64,000 nt of DNA from Psilocybe cubensis. Lineage: Eukaryota. A model generated the notes under the pieces. The model ran no database searches. It was not told where the DNA came from and saw only the letters and a program-made list of their open reading frames with translations. The translations under genes and the position numbers were made by a program. Shown here piece by piece: positions 52,101 through 64,000 of this stretch (position 1 is its first letter; every line of letters starts with the position of its first letter). The stretch spans positions 2,604,001 to 2,668,000 of the forward strand of contig CM039002.1 of the NCBI GenBank assembly GCA_017499595.2, written 5' to 3'.

Positions 52101-53116
52101 CCTGGCCTAAAGAATTTTAAAACCTCGATAACGACAAACAACTCTGCTACATACCATCCTTCGCAATGACCACTTCCGAAGGTCGGGTAGAAGCGAGTGC
52201 TGGTTTAGCTTTCGCACCAAGTCCAAGAGTCATGTACCCTGTAAGGCCGGTAAGGGCATTCATCGCAGTACCGGAAGATGCTATTGGTAACGGTGTGGTG
52301 ATATCAACGGCTGTCATATTGGGTATCGAGAACATGGCAAATTCTGTGGGTGAATACGCGAAGCATGCTGTGTCTTTATCGAGAAAGATGATAGTGCGGG
52401 CAGAGTGGGGCAAAGGGGCTTCCTAGCGCGTTGTCAGTCCTAATGTTTGTTCAACAGAGCTCTAAAAAGCACCTTGACATCCTGTGCCTCTCCATCCTTC
52501 CAGGTATAAAGAACGGCCTTCCGTCTGCACCCAACGAGCAATTGTGTGATGATAGTCGGAATAGGCTGCGTTCGTTTGAAATCTGGATCGTCCGAAATCT
52601 TGGGACTCATTGGTATATGGACAGTCTCGACAGTAGAAAATACCGCAAACGAAAAGGCAGCTTTTGCCTTCGCAAGAGGTGTCGGTGGCGAAAATGTAGG
52701 TAATGGGAACAAAGTGACGGTCATTTCTACAAAAGTGTTAGATATAATGACGTGAATTACAAACTTATGCATACCAGATAGGACTATCAGAGAGTTGACA
52801 TCTTTGAGGAATCCCAGCTGTTCAATCGACCTCCTCACCAATCCTTTCTTCACCTCCACCGGCTCGATCGCATTGGTTGCTTCGTCTGTGGGCTGACGTC
52901 AAATGCGGGCTGAAGGCACCAGAAAATATTCATACTAAGGCCAAATACATGGAGATTTCCTGTAGAGCTACCAAGGTATATCCGATCCGCTAGTATGTCG
53001 CCTCAATATCGAAGAAATTGAACCACACGAGGACAAAACTTACCTTGCACAGCGATAGAGTCAAACTTCTCCTTTAAGCCAGAAAGCACGACCTCGGGAA
53101 CGGTAAAGGGTGGCAT
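49120..53116 (-). CDS. VPS39: HOPS subunit Vam6/Vps39 (CNH domain, clathrin-like repeat, C-terminal zinc knuckle)
   Basis: ATG 53116 MPPFTVPEVV; RIYLGSSTGNL; QIDELV..GKYSDALALL; FIELDFNPAKVVALYP; IVDTAMYKSFL..LLGSLCRIANWC; IQYLQKLGPEY; HDRLAELY; AILLGRLGRHDQAL; VTDSR.CPQCHKRLGNSVIAVHAP..VTHYQC; TAA 49120. Confidence 0.95.
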
Positions 53117-53297
53117 GGTAGAGCTTGCTTCTCAAATTTGAGGCAGTAGGCCTTTCATATCTCAAAAGCCGGCTGTCTGACCACAAGCTTTCCTGAGCCT
53201 TGTCGCTGCGCGTCTCGCAACAAAATAAGGATTGAATCAGGAGGCCGGAGCGTTGCAGCAACGCAGCCGAGCTTGGCGTTGTTTGGTGATGCCATGC

Positions 53298-53305
53298 CAC
53301 GTGAC
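53298..53305. promoter_or_regulatory. GTCACGTG E-box (Cbf1/bHLH-type) upstream of VPS39
   Basis: CACGTGAC about 180 bp upstream of ATG 53116. Confidence 0.35.
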
Positions 53306-54277
53306 ACCGTTTTGCCCCTGTTCTTCGCCGAAGGCTTTGTTCTTTTCCCCAGAAAAAGCGGCAGGGTTTAGCTGTATCGAATAACACTGCTGATTTGAAT
53401 GCTTAACAAGGTGAGTAGGCAAGGATGCCTCTCAGTCAGCAGCATGGTCTACTAAGGGCCCAACTTCGACTTGTTTCTAGCCCAACACCCATTTCGACTG
53501 CGCCTTGATCAACCCGCGATAGTTGCATTCAGGTCAATAGATATCAACAACGCGTCGACGCGTCTGCAATTAGATTCATGTCTCTTGGCAAGGTCGGACG
53601 AAGCTCGGGGGAGGCTCGTTCGAGGTGATCCCACACTTTTAAGTGCCTGGGCGACTCTTTCAAAGAAAAGGTCCAATAATATCTAATCACCGCAGCTTGG
53701 GACTTCAGTCGAATTCGTATGACGAAAATGCTCGATATGTCTTATAATTCAGTTTTACAACAGGCACAACACGATTTGCACCAATCGGTAATTCTATCTT
53801 CCATGGACCGGTCTTCCACCACAATATTTGGAATTTCTACACGGACTTCCATTCGCAACTTCTTCGTGGTTCTCACCGTGAATAGGACGGCAAGGACGCA
53901 ATAGCACTCGTATTAGTCCAGCCCACAGGAACGACCGTGAACAAGATAGGAACATACCTGATAAGTGCCTTTTTCTCTCTCGCAATGTAAATTTGAAGCT
54001 GTGGAGCTCCCACCTGCTTCCACACGTCTGCGCTTACAGCGTCAAAGCCACTGCGCACGGCAGCCTTTTTCTTAGAGGCGAGCCACTGTTAATCGATACT
54101 GAATGGCTTCGACAGCATCGAAACTCACGGTCCGCCTCTATTGTTGGCCACGAGACCTCAGGAATTCAACGTCACTATGGGGGTGGCGATCCGCCTTGCT
54201 TCTAGTATAAAGTTGACATTGAATTCAATCAGCACCCCAGAGTACTCCCTAAACGTATCGAGACCCTTGAGTACCCC

Positions 54278-56729
54278 ATGGCAATACCCCTTCTTCTCAC
54301 AAAGATTTTTCTTGCCCTCTCATGTTTTCGTTGTGCTTTAGCAGCACCGGCTGGGAGGGTTGATGTGAAGCTAAAGACCGGTATCATCCGCGGTGTAACA
54401 CAACCCAACGGTCCAGACAAGTTTCTTGGAATACCATTTGCCCAGCCACCTGTGGGCAATCTCCGCTTCAAGGCACCCGTAGCTATCACCGCCCCGTCCA
54501 ATGCGATCCATGACGCATCTGTATTTGGGAACGTATGTCCTCAACCACCAGCAGATAATCTTGGGGCTCCGATTGCAGAAGACTGTTTACACCTTAATGT
54601 GAGTGTAATTCTGGTTCTCTTATCTCGAACATATTTAAAATGTGTTCAGATCTTCCGACCCCCGAACCTCAAAAGCAACGCCAAACTTCCTGTCCTATTC
54701 TGGATACATGTAGGTGCCCATCATGTTTTGTTATGTGTGTGGTGCTGATGGGGCACCTTGACAGGGGGGCGCATATACTGTAGGGTCAGTGATATACACT
54801 ATATGCTTATTTTCTTCATGTTCATGAGGTACTATTAGCGCGTCGTCAGATCCAGCAACAGATCCAACGGGTAAGCCGTCTTTGGATCAATGTGGAAAGG
54901 ACCCAGCATTGACATTATCTTATATAGAACTCATCCAACGAAGTATGGAAATCGGGAAGCCCATCATATTCGTGTCGACGTGAGCATCGTAGATCAAAAT
55001 AAAAAGAGTCAGACACTTATCGGCCGCTTATTCTACAGCAATTACCGACTTAATACATTTGGCTTTGTGAGTTACTTGTCAATTTTCGGCATCTTCAGAC
55101 CATGGATATCTAAATCTTGACTTGACTCGCGATTAAAGTTGGCCAGCTCAAGTGTAGCCCCGGAAGACCTGAATGCGGGCCTTCTGGATCAACGAATGGC
55201 TCTTGAGTTTATTCAAGACAACATTGCGGCATTTGGAGGAGATCCTACAAAAGCAAGTTAATTATCAGTTTGAAGTTGGCTTGCGGCTAATTGACCTGTC
55301 TGTAGGTGACCATTTGGGGTCAGGTGAATCAACACATTTCCATTTTGACGTTGAGCTTGGATCTCATACGTACCCTTCGTGTAGTCCGCAGGTGCCGGGA
55401 GTGTAGAAGCACACTTTGTTTTCCCTGCTGAACGGTCTCTCTTCCGCGCCGGCATCGCTGATTCGTCTACAGGTCCTTTGTAAGTCTAAACCACATGCTC
55501 CAATGACCATGGTAACCACGGCTGACTCACTTCCAATACAGCAAGAATTCCCCAGACGCCAGCACTTTTGACAAGCCAGGGAAACCGTTTGCTCGCCTAC
55601 TAGCAGCTACCGGATGTGCCCCAGGTCCCAATGCGGTATCTTGCTTGCAAAAGGTTCCGTTTGATGTAAGTGGATACCCCAAATTCTTTCCAATATTGGC
55701 ATATGTATCTCATTGTGTAACAGACTCTGACAGCCATCAACAACCCAATGATCACTGGTACTCTGAATCATCAATTATGGCAGCCAGCAGTTGGTCCAAA
55801 GGGTAGCTTTGTTCCCGAACGAGCGTCGGCCAGAATAAGATCCGGAAACTTCCTGCATCTTCCCTTCATCGCTGGAACAAACGTATGCCACTATTTATAT
55901 CTGCCCAACATTCAATTAACAATGATTACAACAATTCACAGGTAAATGAAGGAACAACTTTCAGTACCACACTACTCGGCGAAGGACTCTCTGGCGCGGC
56001 AGAGGATAAGGCTTTCAGAGAATTTATCGGCGATTTGCTTATCGACAATAGCACTCTCACCAATGACGTGTTGAGCGAGTTCCTGTCTTTATTCCCAGCC
56101 AACGATCCAGCCAACGGAGCTCCATTCAACATTGGTGACTCTTTGTTTGACAGAGCGGAGGCATGGTACACCGACCAGATGTTCCTGTCTCCAAGAAGAT
56201 TCTTCTTCCAACACGCCTCGGCTCTTCAACCCATGTTTGCCTACTACTTCGGAGAATTTATTCCAGGAAACGATGTGACGCTTGGAGGTGAGGTGTTTGT
56301 TCAACTTGTTGCGTCAAAGTATTCACAATTCTCTGTAGTGGCACACGCCTCCGAACTTTTGCTACTCTTCGGGCCTATCCCTGAAGTGGCGAAAGTAGAA
56401 ACAGCATTCTCCACAACATATAGGGACTTCTATATCAACTTCGTAAATGATCTGAATCCAGGAGGTAAACAGCATTTCCATTCAATCAAACTTCATTTCT
56501 AAAAATTTATAAAAAACCTGTTATAGCTGAGTGGCCGCGATATACCCCATCGTCACCAAAGGTTTTGCAACTTATTCGCAACAACATCACCTTGATTCCG
56601 GATAGTATGTGTCATTTCCATCCCAGTGCAAGCATGTACGGCAGCTGACCTTACTCATTTTCAGCATGGGATGCCCAAAAAGTCGACTTCAGCAACACTC
56701 CCAAAGTACTGGATGAGTTCGAGAAGTAA
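54278..56729 (+). CDS. Secreted type-B carboxylesterase/lipase, copy 2
   Basis: Signal peptide [92 protein letters not shown] 56727-56729. Intron layout matches copy 1. Confidence 0.95.
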
Positions 56730-56963
56730 TGTTTCAGGCCTATGGGATGAAAAAGTATTTCTTCCTTTACCTCACATTACGCGCACCTTTACGAATAAAT
56801 ATCAAACTAAAAAAGCACTGGTAATTTTGACATATATGGTTCAACGGTATGGAAACGGTGTTCCGCTGAAGTGACTACATTATCATGTTGGTAAATGCGT
56901 TGAACATAGCGGGCATTGATGGGCTTTTACGAATAAGTTTTACGAGCGTTTGAAGATACCAAT

Positions 56964-58887
56964 TTACTTGAATCCTCCCGCCAGCCATTCATTGACGGCA
57001 AAGAACCCGGTCACCTTGCTGGGCTCGATCTTCGGTACCTGGCTCGCCCATGGATTTTTTTTGAGACGGAACTCGGGGTGCAATTTAGCTCCTACATCCT
57101 CCAAAAACTTCGCGTTCGCGACGGCGTCATCATAATTGTAGGACTTCACGGACGGATTAGCTCGTGGTGCAACTCGAGTAACTAACCCTCTCGCTCACCG
57201 TGAAAACAGTTGGAATCTTTTGCTCAATTAGAACACCAAGGGTTTCCTGCCACGTGTCGATATTGTCCTTATAGCATTTTGGATCGAACGCGACAACCAA
57301 ATCCGCTTTTACAAACGAACTTCCACTATCGGCAAAATAAGTTTTATAGGACCTGCAAGACGAAAACGAAGGCGTTTGTCGGTGTCATTATTCGAATAAA
57401 TAACAAAATCGTGTACTTCGCTTGGAACTCTAAGTGTAGCGCACGCCGACGTTTCTGACATTCGCTGGATGGAAGGTATTCTTAGAAATAATGGATATGA
57501 TTATATATATGAAACTGACTCGCAAGGCTCGAAGTGCTGGCCTTTCAATAAATCGTCGGCTTGTCCAGAGGGAGCGCAATGTATGGCCTGTACATAGAAA
57601 TAGTCAACAATCGAGTAATCATAAAATGAAGGGTAAAAGGAGACTATACATTGACTAGTTTCACGTCTGGAAGACGATGTAAAAGTTCTTCCATGTCGAT
57701 AGCGACTAGCTCTGCGATAGTTACACCAAGGATCTTTGACAGTTCATTAAGTAGAAATAACGCAGATGTGGCTAAACGTGAGCTCACATGAATATTGAGA
57801 GCCGATTTCTTCGTCCACGAAGTATCCGTATTCAATAACTCCAAAGCCCATAGGATGGTCATGGACATGGATAGATTTTCTGTCGCTCCTCGAAGTATCG
57901 GCATGAGTTGGGCATCGCTCATTCTCAAGCCATAATTAGTCGCCATATCAGACTTCAGGTCGGAATACAGAAGTTTATGCCAGTTCGTATTGCGTAGCGA
58001 CACCCAAGATGGCTGTATATGCTCCGGAGACCAATCCAAGGGCGCAACCGACTCAGCAACTGTTGTCATACTGTGACCCATATTGTAGTCTGCGGCACAA
58101 ATCACATCCATAGCACATTGAGACTGTTTGCTCCAGCTGTCGCGACAAGGTTTTTGCCTATGAGCCGTTTTAACAAGATCCCAATGTTGCTCGGAGCAGC
58201 TGAAGGTCAGCGAACAGTCGGGGCAACGCCTGGTGCTGGGAAATGAACGTTTCGGTACACCTTCAACTGAATTGCCATGTCTGACTACAACGTCCGAGCG
58301 CCCACTATATAAAAAGTATAAGTATATGCTATGATTAGAATCAGTGCCCGGGACCCACCAGGCCAAACAGCGAGGTTGATATTCCACCGCATCACGCTCC
58401 AACTTTGTGTGGGTACTCTTCCGAGTTCCCGCGTCAGGGCACTGATCTGGATGTCGGTAACTTTCTGTATGACTTGGTTGACTCGTTCTTCTGCATCCTT
58501 TGCGCTGACAAATCCGTCATTAACAGGTTCATAGAGGGATATTATATCCTCTCGTATTATTCCTGCAATAGACTTCCAAGCTTTACAAAAGCTTTTGTGC
58601 TTCGGCCAACCTTTCTTTGAGGGAAAGAGAGGGAATATGAGACCATTTCATCGAACCTCAGGGGTTAAGAAGTGTGCACCTTTTGGCATACTACGGCTTC
58701 GATTTACTAGTTCAGTAATGTCATATTAACAAACGTATTTGCACTTACCCGAGCCACAATAGCTAACATGAAAACAACTCGCACACTTTTGCAATGCTAC
58801 CTCAGGTGATCCTTTGTAACACCCACTACAGGCTTGTCCCACATACGTGCTTAACGGAGGTTGTCTATCTGATGGTTGGAATGCCAT
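56964..58887 (-). CDS. MYND zinc-finger protein with Mss51-like C-terminal domain
   Basis: ATG 58887 MAFQPSDRQ..ACSGC..LQKCASCFHVSYCG..CQK..HKSFCK (MYND); second Cys cluster CPDCSLTFSCSEQHW..H..C; LSMSMTILWALE..LNIHILG..EELLHRLP; NPW..GFF..NEW near the stop at 56964. Confidence 0.85.
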
Positions 58888-60162
58888 AGCAGGCGATATA
58901 GACAGTCGTTAGTTGTAGGGATAGTAGGAGTCTCCTTTTGTATGGTTTCAACCATGTTTCGGATAAAGTGGCCAAGATGTTTAGCAGCCATTTGGCGGCC
59001 ATCGGTAATCAATTCGAGTCAGATTGCAAATTCAATTTAAGTATTGCTCACTTCGCTATGTACTGATAGTTACTGGGGCGCAAGTTAGGGCCAACGTAGA
59101 AACTGGAAACGCTGAATATGGGGCAAAGAATCCTCTTGAACTACAAATTGTAGGCAAAGAGCCGCTAGGAGGAATTGAACAAGCAATAACGCATCTGCCA
59201 GTGACGTTAATCAAGTGCATTCAGCCCTGCGTTACTCATCTCGCGCCGCTCTAGTTCTTCTCTTTGAATGAGCCGCAGCTAAAATAGTACAAGTCATGAT
59301 ACCAAAGGCCCAAGGGATACGCGATGATTGAACTGGCTAATAAGGAGTTCGAAAATAGAATCGGAACCACCGTGTCGGTGATCCCCGGAGCTGAGTATTA
59401 CGAACAGCCGGTCCAGGAATTACGCGAAATGTAGGAGGTGTTGCCAATGTGATGAAGGGTCGCATCCTAGTCTATCGCAAGCGAAAATTGGACATAGCCT
59501 GAGGCCTGAAGATCTGCCCCCCCAAGAGACATGTAGGCAAACCAAATTGCGAACGGAAGGGCGACGGATCAATGTGTAAGGCGAGGATTCCGTGAAGAGT
59601 TGTAAACGGAAGACAGATCAAGGACCTCGGTATACCGTACTTTCGTGAGGTTAGGTTGCAGAGCTGGTTGGTGACATCCATGTTGAACGCCGAGGCGCTT
59701 TAAAGTTGGATGTACGACTTGAGACGGCGGCAGGAGATCGTTTACTGAACGAGATTTGAGGAGGAAAAAACTAAAGAGACTGGAGATGCGACTTCCTAAT
59801 CCATTTTGGAAGATGCATACCTAACCCCTAGGCATAGTGCGTACTGGAAGAATGATGTAAAGTCTTCAAGATGAAATGAAGGAAGAACTGAAGGTTGAGA
59901 AGTACAACCTGTCAACATGAAGGCGTACAGTCTATCAGGATCGATAACTGGAAGAGATTCGACCCCAAGATATACAGGCAAAGTGGGGGCGGAAGGAGGT
60001 GCGATGTGTGAGGTAATGGTACTATACCATTGACGGTGCATACGAAGATCGTGAAGGTATCCCGAACTTCCGCACGACACCGCGAACGTAGAGATTAGGG
60101 CGATGAAAAGACGGCATTCACGTCGGATAATGGTGTATACTCGATACAACCCGCGTATGTCC

Positions 60163-60860
60163 TTATGTATCGTCCCCAAAAGAGAGCAATGTTTTGCTCT
60201 GCTTCTTGGCCTTCTTGGACGACGAGGTTTTCGGGGCCTTTTCTTTAGATTTTAACTCGGCCTTGAGCTCGTCTAGCTGCCCGACGGCTTTCCTTTTGTT
60301 CGGTTTTGCTCCTGCTGTACCCGGTTTGGATGACGAGGAGAACGAGAGTCCCTGAGAAGCTGATTTCGAGCTCGACGAGCTCACCTCTCTACCCGATTTC
60401 TCTTCCGAAGCTGTCTTTTCGGCAGCAGCTTTCTCTTCTGGAGACAGCAGCGGAGGAAGGCCCTTTTCTGCATCATACAGTCAGGTTTACAGAGGTATCA
60501 GAAAGCATGCCACGCACCTGCACGACGAATGTTCTCTGCCTCGAATTCAGTGAGATGCTTCCCAGCTTTTAACACCACCACCTGCGGCTTCTCGTCCGCA
60601 AACTCTTCATCTTCATCCGCGCTCCCTGGGTCATCTGCAGGGCGCTCAGGAATCGCGGGGCGGGGTCTTCGTGGGATGGGGGCACGACCCTCGCCCGTGT
60701 ACTCAAACTCGTCGTCGTCGCCCTGGTTGTAGGTTTCTGCGTCGTCTTCGTCGGGGATTCCGTTCATGCGATTTTGGAGTTTGAGCAGGAAGCTGGGTGT
60801 GGTTTGTTGGTACGAGAGTTTTGAGGAGAGCTGTGCGCGGGTGGGTTCGCGGGGCGCCAT
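60163..60860 (-). CDS. DUF4604-like small disordered protein
   Basis: MAPREPTRAQLSSKLSYQQTTPSFLLKL...DEKPQVVVLKAGKHLTEFE; intron about 60472-60518; Lys-rich end KTLLSFGDDT TAA. Confidence 0.82.
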
Positions 60861-61063
60861 TGCTGGTGATGGTGGTGGTTCAAGATCAAAAGTCAAAGGT
60901 CAGGCGCCGGCAAAAGAAATGATGGCGCGCACGTACTTGTTCCCAGACAACTTCAATATATGCATTTGAACCAGTATATTTTTATAAGAATGAATATTTG
61001 GTTACAACGGTTACTACAAGAAATCAAGAAGAAACTAGATAGAATTTAAAAAACTGTGCATCC

Positions 61064-62370
61064 CTAATCCCCCTTGAAATAACTTAGGAAATGGGCTTGC
61101 AACATTTCAATATCCATCTCGGAAACAGGCTTCCGGCATTTATTCGCGAATCGGTGTAAAAACGAGTTGATATACTCTGGTGTCCAACTTGAAACACCCA
61201 GGAGCATCTGTTCATCGTTAAGCCCATAAGCGTCGAAATCCTCCCAAAGATGGGCCATGGAAGGTAAGCATGAGTCGAGAAAGTGATAAATGGCATCGCC
61301 TCCGTGGGATGAGGATGGTGTGCATGGCATGGAACCAATGGAACTGCGGCTGGCATTATTCGACCTTCTGGAAGGTGTTGTCCAGAGTGTTTGGGGTGAC
61401 GACGGTATCCCTCCTGCGGTATCGGTTTTTGTTGACGGCCCAGGCTCGCTGCTGAACCTGGTGGGAACGATATAATCGCGGTACCCATTGGAGTTTGTTG
61501 GGTTTTTCGATGAGGAAGCGAATGAAACGGTTTCTTGCAGGATAGGTTTTCTATCCACGGTCTTTCCTCTCCTCAAGCCAGATAATTTCTGTAGAGTTTC
61601 ATTAGCTGCTGCAAAAATGAAGAATGTTGCTTAATTGCCTTTTTTTTTTGCAAATAACGCGCCCAATAATGGTTTTGAAAAACCATACGCTCCGCGAGAC
61701 ACAACCGTATCTCAGAATCTTGCGTGTTAAATGTATTTGGATATTTTTCGACAAGCTGTTGGAAGCGAGCGATCGAAGGACTGTACACCTGAAACATGAA
61801 ATATGTACAGACCTCTTTACGGACGAATATTAATTTCTCCGCTTGAACAGCGGGACAAAGCTCTATTTTCAAATACTTTTCTCCGATTCTTTTGATGTCA
61901 TTCTGTCGTTAAAGTATAAGAGGAGGGTCTACGAGGTGAGAAAAGGCAACTAACATGGATATCCCGGATATGTTTGGGATCATTATTGTCAAGTTTAAGA
62001 AGCTCTCGCAGTTGAGATGCTGGGCCCTGTGTGCTGTTAGTGTGTTGCAAAGCTTTCTGTAATCGAAGTACCTTGCCATTCCTGTGCTCAGTTGGCCGGA
62101 TTTCTAGCAAAAAAACATAATAAGCTATATGATAAGATGCCCATAAAAACGTACTCACTTCTAAGGGTGGAAGCAAGTGGCATTATTGCTCTGCCTTGTT
62201 GGGGGAAGGATGTAAGACCAGGCGCAGAGTTCAACGGCGTTTTATTCGCCACACGAATCAACTCTATCTTGTTGAACGAACATGTATCAACGAACTTTAA
62301 ATGACGCACTCCTTGTTGGATTATTTAGGCTTTTGAGTGCGTGTCTGGGAGCGTTGCTCGGATTCGACAT
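61064..62370 (-). CDS. Uncharacterized protein with C-terminal SAM-like helical motif
   Basis: Multi-exon model from ATG 62370; last exon ends IYHFLDSCLPSMAHLWEDFDAYGLNDEQMLLGVSSW...MLQAHF. Junction near 61575-61650 unresolved. Confidence 0.6.
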
Positions 62371-63379
62371 ATTTCATATGGTCTTATTGTGTGATAAGAT
62401 CGCCGAATAATTGATGAATGTGAACATTCAATCTTCAACCATACGCAACAAAAACCAGTACCGCGGTCAAAATGGATTGAAATTTACTGTGTAGCTTCAT
62501 TGTGACGAATCTGGCGAATAGAAACTCCGCTTTAATAATCGAATTTGTCACGTAGTGTTGCATCCGTGACCGACAGGCGTGAGTGATTTGATAAAAATGC
62601 CAGAGACATCCAACAATTTCACTTCTCCAACTCGCAGATGTTAGTAAAACCTAGCATATATCAATGGTAGTTAACCACTGAGAAAAAAGCTGTGACTATT
62701 ACATAGCTAAGCAAGTGTCAGCCATAGTCTTACTCGACCTTAACGAGATCCTGGTGAATTGTAAGTGTCGTGCTGTTCACGTCGGAATCTAATTACTGCT
62801 AATGCTAAGAAATTATGCACCTGCTTGGATTGAAAAGCGTACCTCAGCCTAAGGGTATACGCTTTATACAACAGGTCGGTCCGTGTAGCATCTTTTTTGT
62901 CTCTTGCGGTTGCCGTTTCAATACCAACGCCGATTCTGGTTTATGATGTCATGCCTCATGCTCAACTTGTACAACGTATCGGAGACCGGGATCATGTCAA
63001 CCCCTTCGCAAATGTCTGCTTTGCATTTCATAGCATCAAGTAGCGAAGAGGACTCATAAAAAGACATCATGAATATACTCTCGTGATACCTTGGTACTCG
63101 AATAAAATTGAACATATTCGAATGATATTGAACAAAGCATAGGATGTCACGACTCTGAGATGGTGATAATACAATACGGTAATACAACTGCATTGCAATG
63201 TCTATCTACATTGTACAGTGCTCCTATGTATGTACAAAAATGCGAATCGTAACGGGTTCGTAAAATGGTCAGTTCATGGGTTTTCGGGTTAGGCCAGAGT
63301 GAGGCCTGTGGATAAGTAGGCGGGTAGGTATGATGAACGTAGTAATATACCCGTAAGCAAAAAGGCACAATAATGCCTC

Positions 63380-64000
63380 TCAGTTCGTCCAAACCTTTTG
63401 CGGAAGGAGCGAGGCGATGTAGAGCGAAATGGCTACAATGCTCAGTAAGATGTAGTACACCATGTTCCCTCCAAGGTAGTTTTTGTCTATCGACAGCGAG
63501 AAGAGCGAGTTGGCGGCAGCCGGTCCGATGGCGCGCATGATGCTTACGGTCATCTGCAAACGATATCAGATTGAAGGCTGGAATTTGGAGTCGGGTATGG
63601 GACGACGCACCTGACTGAGTCCATTTGTGGCGCCGAGAGACGCACGATTAGGCGAAGCAGTCGATATGAAGATAAAGATGGCACCTAATATCCATTTGAG
63701 CGCGTTCAGTGAGGATCAGAGAACGAATCGTACCATAAGAAAGACTCAATGCAATGGAGATAACTATTTGGAAGCCGACTACGGCCCATACAAGCGTGCT
63801 ATATCCCTGTGCTCTCGCCAGATAGTTGATAACAGGAAAGGACGCAAAGACAGGCACAGCTGATGCGATCCCGCATATGAACACGTTTTTCGACCCCCAA
63901 GTATCATTGATCTTCGCGAAGAAGAACACCTGGAACACACCGTTTAGAATACCAAAGATAGAAAGCAGATTCCCGATGGTCGAAGGAGGTAGGCCAAGGC
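63380..64000 (-). CDS. MFS transporter, C-terminal part (gene continues past the right edge)
   Basis: GLGLPPSTIGNLLSIFGILNGVFQVFFF; ASPNRASLGATNGLSQ-MTVSIMRAIGPAAANSLFSLS; TM GGNMVYYILLSIVAISLYIASLLP; TGA 63380-63382. Confidence 0.92.

Noticed and set aside
62918-63392. Short minus-strand ORFs after the MFS stop codon
   Set aside because: Lie in the probable 3' UTR/intergenic region with no recognisable motif or splice support.

Overview
Intron-rich fungal genomic DNA, most consistent with an agaricomycete basidiomycete (45-65 nt GT-AG introns, microexons, characteristic gene families). About 20 genes can be reconstructed across introns. The left ~33 kb looks accessory: three paralogs of an uncharacterized large protein (helical N-terminus reminiscent of MLKL/HeLo/Goodbye-type domains, EF-hand loop, ZZ zinc fingers, C-terminal coiled coil), a GMC oxidoreductase, an orphan membrane protein, two non-autonomous DNA transposons with visible TIRs and target-site duplications (one Mutator-like, one Tc1/mariner-like that disrupts the third paralog), a tandem pair of degenerate-FHA non-RD kinases, and a secreted repeat/Lys/His-rich protein. 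The right half is mostly conserved genes (Mex67, ankyrin protein, Vps39, MYND/Mss51-like, DUF4604-like, MFS transporter), with two inverted carboxylesterase paralogs bracketing the Mex67-ankyrin-Vps39 block. All exon boundaries and family assignments were made by eye, without database searches.
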